From the NCBI GenBank assembly GCA_019057475.1, contig DXJO01000008.1, positions 32,001 to 96,000 of the forward strand: a stretch of 64,000 bases of DNA, read 5' to 3'. Under the pieces are notes generated by a model. It made no database searches and was not told where the DNA came from. It saw only the letters and a list, made by a program, of their open reading frames with translations. The position numbers and the translations under genes were made by a program. The DNA is from Candidatus Thorarchaeota archaeon (GTDB lineage Archaea; Asgardarchaeota; Thorarchaeia; Thorarchaeales; Thorarchaeaceae). Shown here in pieces: positions 9,422 to 19,306 of the stretch. Each line of letters starts with the position of its first letter. The stretch's first letter is position 1.

Positions 9422-9650
9422 TGGAACACCACGTACAAGTATGAGATTAAATCCTCATAATAAGTTTACCATTATCATTAACAATGGACATTGTTCACCA
9501 AATTCGTTAACAATAAGTTATGTTTACTAATACGGTTGAAATTATCGCGGCTGTGTTCTAAACCACAATAGGTGCCTTAGAAAACGTGCCATTCGACTTT
9601 TATCCTAAATGTCATATTACTCTGTATAGCTCTGTAAGAAACATGAATGA

Positions 9651-11183
9651 GTGTGCCTTCTTGTGAGAGTCAAAACAGCTCTGCTCCTGTTCCTCCTATC
9701 TATGTCGTTTTCAGTCATAATAGCTTCTGATGCATCTGCAGCCGCTACGACCGATGTTCTTCCTGTTACGGTCATTGACATAAGCAGCGATATTCCAACG
9801 TACTACGCTGTAGATATTCCTTGGTTCGAACAAGAAACGCCGGGTAGTTGTGGTGCGGCAGCTCTGAGGACTGCTTTTGGACAGCTAGGCGACCATCTGA
9901 TTGAAGGCGAGATACGAACAGCGGCACAGACCACTAGTACAACCACGCTCTCAGGCGACATGATTAGGGCTGCACATTTCAGCAATGCAAGTGAGGAGGG
10001 TAGTGGTACTCCGATACAGGGATACACGGGAAAGCCATTTGGGACAGACTCTTATGAAATTGCATTTTATGTCGGTACTCCAAGTGGTAAAACTGCGGCG
10101 AATGAGTTCCTCAAACAGCGTCTATTGGAGGGTAAACCTGTAATCCTCTTGATGTCATATGGTTCAGGAGGCAGTTCGGGACACTACCGCGTTCTGAGAG
10201 GCTACGATGACCGCAAAGGGACCGTCATATTTACGGACTCATTAGGATCCCACCCTGTTTCGGGGTCTCAGTGGACTGTTCATTCAGACACGCTGTATGC
10301 AAACTTCTGGGACTACTCAGGTTGTTGGGCACAAATCATCAGCCCCTGGAGCATATCATTGACTCCTGCTGAGAGTCCAACTCCTGGAGGCGATTTCCAG
10401 CTGGACGCACTCATTGACTCAGGAGTTCCAAGTAGCGGCAGGTCTGCTCCGTGGAGTCTTCAGAATGCCTCGATTAGTCTTGAGCTCCCAGAGGGCTACT
10501 CCTTGTCAAGCGGCACTGGGAATACCGTATTCGGATTCAATTCATCTGGTCAAGCCTTGGTATCATGGCAGATCCAAGTACCATTGACAATTGAGAACAC
10601 CGACATGATCACTGCAGGCGTCACCGGATGGATTAATGGCACTGGGACTCATCCATGGCAGGTCAAACCATACGGCTATTGTGATGTTGTCTATCATGAA
10701 ACAAATCTGAACCTGACAGATTGGAGTCCACCTGAGATGGCCGAATTTGTAGTGTCATCAGATGATGAAGGGGTATTGACAGTGAATGCCTCATTGACTG
10801 ACGACGGGTCTCTACAGAATGTTAGGCTTCACTGGCGGATGTCAGCAACGAACTGGACAGTCGCTAACATGCAGTATGTCGATGGGTCAACGTGGCAAAC
10901 TAGGGGAATTGCTCCTATTAATCCCTCAGGAGATGAGGTACTTCAATTCCAGGTCCATGCTGACGACGATTCTGGAAATTCACTTGTTAGTTCCATCTAT
11001 GAGTGTGATTATGATTATACTACCGAAACATCCACAACCGGAACTGTCACTGAAACACAGACCACTACAACAGGGCCTACGTCAAGTCCTCCAGAACCTA
11101 TCCCTTTCGAAGTGATGGTTCTTGTGATACTCGGAGCTGTTTCCGTCATCATAATAGTTGTGATAATTCAGAGGCGCCAATAG
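9651..11183 (+). CDS. Secreted, membrane-anchored C39-like cysteine peptidase with Ig-like domains
   Basis: QETPGSCGAAA (Cys), GHYRVLRGYD (His), FTDS (Asp); signal peptide; Thr-rich linker; TM followed by QRRQ. Confidence 0.8.
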   Translation: MCLLVRVKTALLLFLLSMSFSVIIASDASAAATTDVLPVTVIDISSDIPTYYAVDIPWFEQETPGSCGAAALRTAFGQLGDHLIEGEIRTAAQTTSTTTLSGDMIRAAHFSNASEEGSGTPIQGYTGKPFGTDSYEIAFYVGTPSGKTAANEFLKQRLLEGKPVILLMSYGSGGSSGHYRVLRGYDDRKGTVIFTDSLGSHPVSGSQWTVHSDTLYANFWDYSGCWAQIISPWSISLTPAESPTPGGDFQLDALIDSGVPSSGRSAPWSLQNASISLELPEGYSLSSGTGNTVFGFNSSGQALVSWQIQVPLTIENTDMITAGVTGWINGTGTHPWQVKPYGYCDVVYHETNLNLTDWSPPEMAEFVVSSDDEGVLTVNASLTDDGSLQNVRLHWRMSATNWTVANMQYVDGSTWQTRGIAPINPSGDEVLQFQVHADDDSGNSLVSSIYECDYDYTTETSTTGTVTETQTTTTGPTSSPPEPIPFEVMVLVILGAVSVIIIVVIIQRRQ

Positions 11184-11188
11184 GTCGA

Positions 11189-11440
11189 TTATGACAGCTT
11201 ATCTAGCTCTGAAGCCATCTCATTATGGTCGTAAGCCCATCCACAGATACTTGGATCGAAGAGCCTCTCATAGTCGAAGGGGACAATCCGTGTAGTAGTA
11301 ACTAAGTGCATCGACTTGAAGCAGTCAAAGAAATAGAGCTTCTCAACATCTGATTCAGCTAATGAGGACTCGTCAGAGTGTGCAAGGTGGTGACACCAGG
11401 CAGGGGTGGAATACAGGAGTTTCTTGCAGTTGAGGTTCAC
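11189..11440 (-). CDS. Hypothetical protein or gene remnant
   Basis: 83-aa ORF filling the gap between two plus-strand genes; no motif recognised. Confidence 0.25.
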   Translation of the reverse strand: MNLNCKKLLYSTPAWCHHLAHSDESSLAESDVEKLYFFDCFKSMHLVTTTRIVPFDYERLFDPSICGWAYDHNEMASELDKLS

Positions 11441-11532
11441 TCACCATCATATGTAGGAAATGGGTTGTTCTCAAGCCTTATCTACGGGGATATATGCCGT
11501 CATATCCACCCAATGAACAGGAGAACCAGCAT

Positions 11533-12312
11533 TTGCAGACAATTTGCCTCATGAATGACGATGGCCCGCAAAGTGCAGGTCTGCTGCAGCTAGCGGACGC
11601 CTTGGCCGACTTCGCGAACCTGACTGTGATTGTCCCTGATGGCCAGCGCAGCGGAACCGGGAAGGCTCTGACGTTGGACCGACCAATTAGGATTACAGAG
11701 AGCACTGATTCCGATAACTACAAGCTCATTGTCCATGATGGGCTTCCAGCAGACTCTGTCATAATCGCCCTATCCATGATTGAGAATGTGGATCTGTTCG
11801 TTTCCGGGATAAATGCCGGAGCCAATCTCGGCTATCATCGAATGCTGACTAGTGGAACGGTCGGAGCGGTGTTCGAGGCCGCTCTTCAGGGATATCCTGC
11901 GGTTGCAGTCTCCATGGTTGTTAGCCCGGAATACTGGTTCGCTAACATGAAGAATGACATTGACTTGGAGCAGACTTGCACCATCACAAAAGGTATCATT
12001 GAACGAGTGCTCGATAAGGGCCTACCCCGGGGGATAAGTGCACTGAACGTCAATTTTCCCGCGAAACTGCTCAAGGAGAGCAGGCTGGTTGTTTCAGAGC
12101 CCACTACAGTTGCAGTTTCGAATCGCTTGGAAGAGAGAACCGATCCTTACGGTAGCTCGTACTACTGGATTTGTGGCGGTGAGGTTGAGTCACAAGTTTC
12201 TGGCGATGCCCTTGAGGTCATGGAGCGCGGCAACATCTCAATCTCACCCATTGTGATTGAGGGCGTCAGGAAAGAAGACATGGAGCACCTACGTCAGTTC
12301 TTGGAGGACTGA
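11533..12312 (+). CDS. surE: 5'/3'-nucleotidase SurE
   Basis: NDDG, QRSGTG, DGLPADSV, SGINAGANLG, SGTVGAVFEA, LNVNFP. Start (TTG 11533) is approximate. Confidence 0.92.
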   Translation: MQTICLMNDDGPQSAGLLQLADALADFANLTVIVPDGQRSGTGKALTLDRPIRITESTDSDNYKLIVHDGLPADSVIIALSMIENVDLFVSGINAGANLGYHRMLTSGTVGAVFEAALQGYPAVAVSMVVSPEYWFANMKNDIDLEQTCTITKGIIERVLDKGLPRGISALNVNFPAKLLKESRLVVSEPTTVAVSNRLEERTDPYGSSYYWICGGEVESQVSGDALEVMERGNISISPIVIEGVRKEDMEHLRQFLED

Positions 12313-12376
12313 AAGGTGACCTTTTATGCGACCTGACCAATCGTCCATCACATCACTTGTGTGAGAGGTCTGTGCG

Positions 12377-13894
12377 GTGGTAGAGCTTACATTCTATGGC
12401 GGAGTGAACGAGATTGGTGGAAACAAGATCCTGTTGAAGGATCAGGACACACGGATATTCCTCGACTTCGGAAAGAGCTTTCAGATTCAAAAAAAGTATT
12501 TCGACAGTTTTCTGAACCCGCGAAAGCTGAACATGATTGACGAGCTGGTGAGTTTTGGTCAAATCCCCAGAATCAAAGGGCTCTATCGTGAGGACTACTT
12601 GAAACACGTTGACCCTAACCATTCTCTCCTCAGCGGTGGAAATGAACCGCCTACCGATGCTGTACTAATAACTCACTCCCACCAAGACCATATCGGGATG
12701 ATCCCATGGCTTCGACCAGACATACATCTTCTTGGGTCGGAAACTACAAAGAACATACTGCAATACTGGCAGGTCACCACTAGTGGCGATGGGAGCGAGT
12801 ATCTTGATTGGTATCCTTCATTCCAGACAAAACCTAGGAAGACCAAGCCCAAGAAGGGACAATCCTCATTCATCCGGGTCAGAACAAAGGCGAAATATCT
12901 GAAGGATGAGAAGAGGACACGCGAGTTCACATGTCTATCACCCCAAAAAACGGTTCAAGTCGGTGACGTAGAGGTCGAGTCATATCCGGTTGACCATAGT
13001 CTACCTGGAGCATATGCCTACATCGTTAAGACAAGCTCAGGAAACATAGGATACACGGGAGACCTACGGTTTCATGGTCATGCCCCGGAGCTGTCAAATC
13101 GGTTTGTCAAGGCCCTTGAGGACACAGACATCAAGGTGCTACTCTGTGAAGGCACAAGGGCGGAAGATAAGAAGAGCTTTGGAGAATCGAAGCTGAAAGA
13201 GAAACTGGCCACTGCTTTTGCTTCGACAAAGGGCCTCATCCTTGTCAACTACCCCGCTCGTGATGTCAGCCGAGTCTCCACCATGTGCAGAGCGGCCGCA
13301 GAATCTGGAAGAACTCTGCTCGTGAGTCCGAAGCAAGCATACTATTTCAGTGTCATTGCAGGCGAAAAGGACTTGCCCGTTCCTTCTGATGATGACTTCC
13401 GTGTTCTATTGCCTCGAAAGGATTGGGGAATCTGGGGCAATCAGAGATTCGATGAACTTCTGTGGGCGCAAGACTACAGATATCCCGACCCAGTGGAGAA
13501 AATTATCTTCGAGGGGTCTGACTTACTAACACCCTCAGACGTAGTAAAATCGCCATCTGAATACGTCGTCACATGCAGTTTCTTCGAGTTTGGCCTTCTG
13601 CACGACCTGAATCCCCAATCAGATACATCCTACATCTGGTCACGTTCAGAACCGTTTGATGAAGAAGGCCAGATTGAGTATGATAGAGTATTGAACTGGC
13701 TGTCGCATTTCGGAATAGACGAGCCTGTCACGATGCACTGCTCCGGACACTTGGCTGGGTCAGAAATCCAAGACCTAATCGAGAGAGCGCAGCCAGAGAT
13801 TGTTGTCCCAATTCATACTGAACGACCTGATCTATTCACTGACTGGCACAAGGACGTGAGAATCCTCGAGCAGAATGACACGCTGTCGCTTTAG
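12377..13894 (+). CDS. RNase J-like metallo-beta-lactamase-fold hydrolase
   Basis: YGGVNEIGGNK, FLDFG, THSHQDH, VDHSLPGA, YTGDLRFHG, CEGT, HCSGH, PIHTE. Confidence 0.85.
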   Translation: MVELTFYGGVNEIGGNKILLKDQDTRIFLDFGKSFQIQKKYFDSFLNPRKLNMIDELVSFGQIPRIKGLYREDYLKHVDPNHSLLSGGNEPPTDAVLITHSHQDHIGMIPWLRPDIHLLGSETTKNILQYWQVTTSGDGSEYLDWYPSFQTKPRKTKPKKGQSSFIRVRTKAKYLKDEKRTREFTCLSPQKTVQVGDVEVESYPVDHSLPGAYAYIVKTSSGNIGYTGDLRFHGHAPELSNRFVKALEDTDIKVLLCEGTRAEDKKSFGESKLKEKLATAFASTKGLILVNYPARDVSRVSTMCRAAAESGRTLLVSPKQAYYFSVIAGEKDLPVPSDDDFRVLLPRKDWGIWGNQRFDELLWAQDYRYPDPVEKIIFEGSDLLTPSDVVKSPSEYVVTCSFFEFGLLHDLNPQSDTSYIWSRSEPFDEEGQIEYDRVLNWLSHFGIDEPVTMHCSGHLAGSEIQDLIERAQPEIVVPIHTERPDLFTDWHKDVRILEQNDTLSL

Positions 13895-13970
13895 TATGAA
13901 GATGACCTTACGCGATTCCAGGTGAGAACAGAATGCGCGACCCGGACGAATGCACAGGGAGGTTCGAGCC

Positions 13971-15560
13971 ATGAGCAATAGCCAGGCATACATTACACTG
14001 ATGGGGCGCAGCGGATGGGCTGTCGTCAACTCGTTCCATGCGTCTGTGATTGAAACTGATTATCGGCCAGAGGAAGTCATCCTTCTCTACGAGGCTCAGT
14101 ACACCGACGGGATCAAGCCAGTTGTGGAGGGCTTAGAAATAGTACAGGGGACATACTCCACTCCAAACGTCGTACAAGTTGAGGTTCCCACCTCGGATGC
14201 GCATGCCGCTGGCCAAGTGGCACTGGATCTTGTGCGACAGCTGAAGACGAAAGGCTCCAAAGTTGCGCTAGATATCACAGGCGGACGAAAGGCGCTTGTG
14301 GCTGGCAGTCTACTCGCTCTGAAAGACCAAGGTCTTGACCATGTCTACTATCTTGCAATCGAAACAGTTGAGGGAGTAGCTAAGCCCTATCTGATGATTC
14401 CAAAAAGAATCCAGAAACTCATTGACCTAGTCACAAATGAAGTCCAGAGCGCTACTGTTGAATTCGAGTCCGAGAGCAAGCTCACCGATGTGCTCTTGTC
14501 AAGGGATTGTGTCATGATTGTTCTCAATCAGGCCTACAGGCGCGGCGAGCCGATCAGAGTGAAGGCACCATTGATTGGTGTCGACCTTCTCGAACTGAAC
14601 CTTCGGGATGGTAAAGTCACGATGCTGACAGACTCGATGGACTACGGTGAGAAGCGCGACACTAGTGGCTATCGCGGATGGGATCATCCGACCTACTCGG
14701 ACCTCCGAAGATGCCTGTGCTTCTGTGGTCTCGTAGACTATCAGAACAGAGATAGATTTGACAATCTATTGACGAAGAAACTCTGCAAGTCCCGCGACCT
14801 CACTAGTGGAGCACGAAAATCCGTTCTCTCGCTTGACTCAAATATGTACTACAATGGATTTCCCTCCTACTTGGAGAAACTGGAAATACAGTTTGGTATA
14901 CCACCGAAAGATGTAGTCTGCATTACTCCCTTCCCAGTTGTGAAGGAGATTCAGAATAAAATCAAATGGAAATACAAGTTGCAAGAAATCCGTGACGCGC
15001 AGAACCACTATGATTCTTACCAGCTGGGCTCCATAATTGATGAGTTCATTGGTCAGAATACTCTCGAAACAAGGGTTGCCAAGATGGCCAAGTCCGAACT
15101 GACCAAATTCATGAGAAGGCCAACACACGAGAAGACGCGCCGAGTAGATCTCCCCAAGGACAAGGAAGATGTTGACCATCTGATCGTCGATGAACTGGAG
15201 AAATTTGCTGATGAACGTGGTGTGAGCGTGAATCTTGTATCCGCGGACAAGAACATGCACGATTTCTGTGAGTTGGCCCGAGATGTAGGCGTGCAGATTC
15301 TTGTGCTTCCTAGTAAGATACCCCGGACCATGGAGGTGACAGACAGAACTTTCGTTAACCTTCTAGTTGGCCTGTCATTGCTGTACGGGGTTGTGGAGCT
15401 TGAGAAGATCGGGTACCTGTTCGGTGAGTACAGAGGGAAAAGGTCCGAGGTGTACACAGATGAGGTTAAGCTTCGTTTCAGAAATTCACACCGTGCGAGG
15501 ATAGTTGAGGAACGGACTGAAACATGCATGAAACTTAAGCAGCTTGACATAATCAGGTAG
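13971..15560 (+). CDS. CARF domain fused to a PIN-domain ribonuclease
   Basis: N-terminal YITLMGRSGWAVVNS...LDITGGRK...HVYYL (CARF). C-terminal LSLDSNMYY, VKEI, VDHLIV, VSADKNM (four PIN acidic positions). GGAGG precedes ATG 13971. Confidence 0.75.
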   Translation: MSNSQAYITLMGRSGWAVVNSFHASVIETDYRPEEVILLYEAQYTDGIKPVVEGLEIVQGTYSTPNVVQVEVPTSDAHAAGQVALDLVRQLKTKGSKVALDITGGRKALVAGSLLALKDQGLDHVYYLAIETVEGVAKPYLMIPKRIQKLIDLVTNEVQSATVEFESESKLTDVLLSRDCVMIVLNQAYRRGEPIRVKAPLIGVDLLELNLRDGKVTMLTDSMDYGEKRDTSGYRGWDHPTYSDLRRCLCFCGLVDYQNRDRFDNLLTKKLCKSRDLTSGARKSVLSLDSNMYYNGFPSYLEKLEIQFGIPPKDVVCITPFPVVKEIQNKIKWKYKLQEIRDAQNHYDSYQLGSIIDEFIGQNTLETRVAKMAKSELTKFMRRPTHEKTRRVDLPKDKEDVDHLIVDELEKFADERGVSVNLVSADKNMHDFCELARDVGVQILVLPSKIPRTMEVTDRTFVNLLVGLSLLYGVVELEKIGYLFGEYRGKRSEVYTDEVKLRFRNSHRARIVEERTETCMKLKQLDIIR

Positions 15561-15786
15561 AGCCTAAGGACCCACTCCGGACCAGTGAACGCAGAACGCC
15601 AGTAAGGGGTTCAAGTTGATTCAACGGACGAGAAGTCAGTCGGGGATGCAAGATGAGTAACTACCCGGACTACGACGAGAGGCTGAGAAGGCCATAGAAA
15701 CTGGTTTCAGACTTGCAGGATGAGATTAGCAATCTATCTCAGAAGTAAGACATATTAGACTTTTTTGTATGTGCGGCATAAATGAC

Positions 15787-18700
15787 TTATTGAGATGCCT
15801 GTTTCTTAGCCCGAAATTGGGCGAAGAGGAAGCCAATAGCAATTCCACCAACGATACCAATTCCAAGTAGACTCACTATTACAATTAATGAGTCAGAAGT
15901 TATCGGTTCGTAATGAGATGGTGGACTTGGATACACAATCACATTGGAGTCAGACATTCCTGGCCAGATGAACCTATCAAATTCCAAATAGAATTGTAAA
16001 GATGTGTTCCATGGAATGACGAAACAAAATGTTGCATTGTCAATGGTGGAATATGGCTGTACAAATATCCAAGTACTACTATTTTCAGCTCTCCAAACCA
16101 GAACCATTTCGCTTTCCAACACTGGTTCTATCGAAACAATAACTTCCAATGTGTTGTTCCATTCATGTGGGATCAGAATGAGTTTAGGTGAGCTAAATAC
16201 TACGACTTCGATATCAGACCTAGTCGCTGGGCAATTTGATGCATCAGTTTCAAGAGTAAGAACATACTTACCTGAATTCCAAAATGTGATGTTCCACGTC
16301 TTAGTCTTCATCGATTCAGGACTAATGTCTCCCCATTCTACGATTGGATCTGGGGAAATCTCAACTCCTTGCGGAACTAGAAGTGTGGATACCACATCTT
16401 CGGCATATGCTGATCCTCGTGAATCAAGATTGAGCTGCAAGTTTGTGGACTCACCTACCATGAAAGTGGTGTGAGCGATTGACAACGAAGATTCCACCAC
16501 AACATCCACTATCCGAATCTCTAGGTCTACTACGACCATATAGTCATCACCTGAAAAGACCGTCAGATGATACCAACCCACTTCACCCGGCACAGGGTCA
16601 GTTAGATGTACTTCCAGCCCCACATGTGTCACTTCTCCAGGGACAATTAGATTACTCAGATTGAGCACCCATCCAGGATTGCCCCACACATACCCCCACA
16701 CAAGATGATCTACGGAAACTGTTTCAATAGGATGTTGCCCATAACAGTTGATATACAAATCAATCGTGACCGGGTTTCCGGGCAATACATGAACGACTGA
16801 TTCCTTCACACTAGCAGATAGTCTTCCTGGATTAACACCTATTTTCAGTGTCGCGTTGTAAATTGGACAGTTTGTACCTGTCGCATGGATTGCAATCTCA
16901 AAATTTCCTGACTGTAACGCTTGGACCAACCATGCATAGTTCTTTGGTTGGTTAGGAGCCAAATTTCCTAGATTGGACAACTGGTATGGATTGCTATCCA
17001 CGATTTCTATATTATTCGGCAATGAAATGCTCACATTCAAGTTGGCAATCTCTGTACCTCCCAGTTCACAGAAGAACTGCACTCCAACTGGAAAAGTTTC
17101 GCCAACAGCAATTGTGTAATCAATCTGCTGAGGGACTACTCTGATTCTTGGCATTGGTTCTTCAGGGCCCAACATTAGATATGCGATTGAGTCAGCGAAG
17201 AACTCGTCAGCTGTATGAAAGAATCCATCAATGTTAGAAGTCGTGTCGAGATATATAGCTGAAGTTGTATCAAGGTACCTGACACGATAAGTATTCAATC
17301 GGGATGGAACTGCTCCACCCCAATAGTTCTCAGAGATAGGCACACTAATTATTCGCTGTTCAGCCTCGTTGATTATGCCGCATATCACTTCATCGAATGA
17401 ATTTTTCCCAATACCAATAATCATCTCCCTTGTGTCATCACTCGATATCCCCTCTTGTAACCCTCTGCTATGAGCAAAGGCAGCAACCAGCTTATCTAGA
17501 AAGAGTTCTTCTGTGCTACTCAAACCACAATAGAACACCTGTCCCGCCATGGGGTTGGATTGGTTTTGGTAAATGAACATCGAATATTGACCATCAGTAT
17601 CTTCTTCCGGGAAAGATGTGTCTAGCAATGTGAAATCCTCTGTCAACGTGAAATTCACAGCAGTACGCAAGACACCTTCTTCTGATTCAACATGAAGGTC
17701 AAACGCGTTGGGTCTATCCAGATAGAGTCTTTCTCCATCGTGATACGCTTGATAGGTGACATCAAAGGTCTCATACTCCAAGAGGTTCTTACGTAGGTGT
17801 CCAGTTTCATTTTCCAATGAGCCACTTGTTGACCCGAGAAGTACTAGGTTTCCGCCACTTGCGACATACTCGTTTAACTCAGCTACTAAGTTCTCCCAAA
17901 GAAGGACTTGGTGGTCTACAACCACGAGGTCGTAGTCACTAAGATTAACACTCCCTGATATCACGAGGCGTTGGTTGGTGATGTCCCATGAAGTAAGTCC
18001 AGCACCCTTAGTTGTAGCAAATCCTCGTTCTGCACCTATCACTAGTATCGGGGGACTGCAATCAATAGGTCTAAGATTCTTTCCTTCCTCATACAATTGG
18101 GAGATAAAATCGTAGTACTGTGCCTCAAGATTCTGATCAGTTGACCCGCTTTGTGCAATGTTTTCCCATCCCTGATTAAAGAATGAAATCATATCTGCTC
18201 CGGCGAAGTATGATAACCAAAAGCTCTTTTCTAGGTCATCAGGCGAGGTATATCCTCCTAAAAGATATGGATAGCCAAAAAGCCCAGCCTCAACAGGGGT
18301 TTCAGGTGCATAAGTTTTGTAGAATCGAATGGTTGAGTATGCGTGCATCGGAACAGAAGAGAAAGATTGCGCATAGATCCTATCACTCTTCCATAGTCCT
18401 GGCTCATTTCCCACCCATGGTATGGTACTCCAAAGGACCTCTCTCGATGGATTAATGCCCTTCACATAGTCGTAAATCGTGTTCATCGCACTGGCAGTGC
18501 GGTTACAAATCCACTCATGGAACCAGAAGAGTTCTGTACGATTCATCTCAAAGATGCTCTTGAACCAGAAGCCAGTCTCAGAATGGTAAGTAGAATTATA
18601 CTTGGTTAAGTGCAAAGGCCATGTATTACTTCCGAAGGAGAACCAATCATAAGCTCCACTGGCTGGTTCTTCATCACCCAATATCACACTGTCCATATGC

Positions 18701-19194
18701 TCAGACCATGAGTGATTCTCTATGTCATTGCCTAATATTGCAAGCTGTTCTGCTCTAAAGCTTGTATTATAGTAACTGTCCAGAGGGGAGTTGCCGTAGC
18801 GCCAGGGCCAGAATACGCCTCCCAAACTTACTCCTCGATCATGAAGCCAACGGAATTGGAAAATGGAGTTATGAGCTCCATACGAAGTATACTCAGCTGC
18901 AGACGGTCCCCAGATTACAAGGTCTGATACGTAGTTGGGTAGCTCTTCCCAGCGATGTCTAAGCTGACTTGCCCAGCAAGCAAAAGATGTTCTAAGGAAT
19001 TGGTCAGGATTATTGCCGTCTGCCAGTGAATCCAGAGCTCTCATTTTAGGGAATTGCTCTGTACCCATTCTCAAGTCTACAGATTCAGCCAAATCAGTCC
19101 GGACATTCTGCTCTGGGCTACAGGAGGGCTTAGTGGTGAGGAAGAGTATGATTGCAAGTGTTATGACCAGAATAACTCTGAACTGACGCTGCAT
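15787..19194 (-). CDS. Large secreted, membrane-anchored putative glycoside hydrolase-like protein with Ig-like repeats
   Basis: Signal peptide; GDEEP motif; class-I-GAT-like segment LSDYDLVVV...LNEYVASGGNLVLLG; Ig-like modules; C-terminal TM. Confidence 0.6.
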   Translation of the reverse strand: MQRQFRVILVITLAIILFLTTKPSCSPEQNVRTDLAESVDLRMGTEQFPKMRALDSLADGNNPDQFLRTSFACWASQLRHRWEELPNYVSDLVIWGPSAAEYTSYGAHNSIFQFRWLHDRGVSLGGVFWPWRYGNSPLDSYYNTSFRAEQLAILGNDIENHSWSEHMDSVILGDEEPASGAYDWFSFGSNTWPLHLTKYNSTYHSETGFWFKSIFEMNRTELFWFHEWICNRTASAMNTIYDYVKGINPSREVLWSTIPWVGNEPGLWKSDRIYAQSFSSVPMHAYSTIRFYKTYAPETPVEAGLFGYPYLLGGYTSPDDLEKSFWLSYFAGADMISFFNQGWENIAQSGSTDQNLEAQYYDFISQLYEEGKNLRPIDCSPPILVIGAERGFATTKGAGLTSWDITNQRLVISGSVNLSDYDLVVVDHQVLLWENLVAELNEYVASGGNLVLLGSTSGSLENETGHLRKNLLEYETFDVTYQAYHDGERLYLDRPNAFDLHVESEEGVLRTAVNFTLTEDFTLLDTSFPEEDTDGQYSMFIYQNQSNPMAGQVFYCGLSSTEELFLDKLVAAFAHSRGLQEGISSDDTREMIIGIGKNSFDEVICGIINEAEQRIISVPISENYWGGAVPSRLNTYRVRYLDTTSAIYLDTTSNIDGFFHTADEFFADSIAYLMLGPEEPMPRIRVVPQQIDYTIAVGETFPVGVQFFCELGGTEIANLNVSISLPNNIEIVDSNPYQLSNLGNLAPNQPKNYAWLVQALQSGNFEIAIHATGTNCPIYNATLKIGVNPGRLSASVKESVVHVLPGNPVTIDLYINCYGQHPIETVSVDHLVWGYVWGNPGWVLNLSNLIVPGEVTHVGLEVHLTDPVPGEVGWYHLTVFSGDDYMVVVDLEIRIVDVVVESSLSIAHTTFMVGESTNLQLNLDSRGSAYAEDVVSTLLVPQGVEISPDPIVEWGDISPESMKTKTWNITFWNSGKYVLTLETDASNCPATRSDIEVVVFSSPKLILIPHEWNNTLEVIVSIEPVLESEMVLVWRAENSSTWIFVQPYSTIDNATFCFVIPWNTSLQFYLEFDRFIWPGMSDSNVIVYPSPPSHYEPITSDSLIVIVSLLGIGIVGGIAIGFLFAQFRAKKQASQ

Positions 19195-19306
19195 GTATTA
19201 TCATACGCGTAATCTTTTGATATACTCTTGCAGAAAACAATTCCCCGCTACTGAGGTCTGCGAAGTCTTAAATTCATCAGAATGCTATACTAAAAGGGGT
19301 TCAAGG

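Noticed and set aside
13895-15786. CRISPR array or cas genes near the CARF protein
   Set aside because: No regularly spaced 25-40-bp repeats and no recognisable cas gene were seen anywhere in the window.
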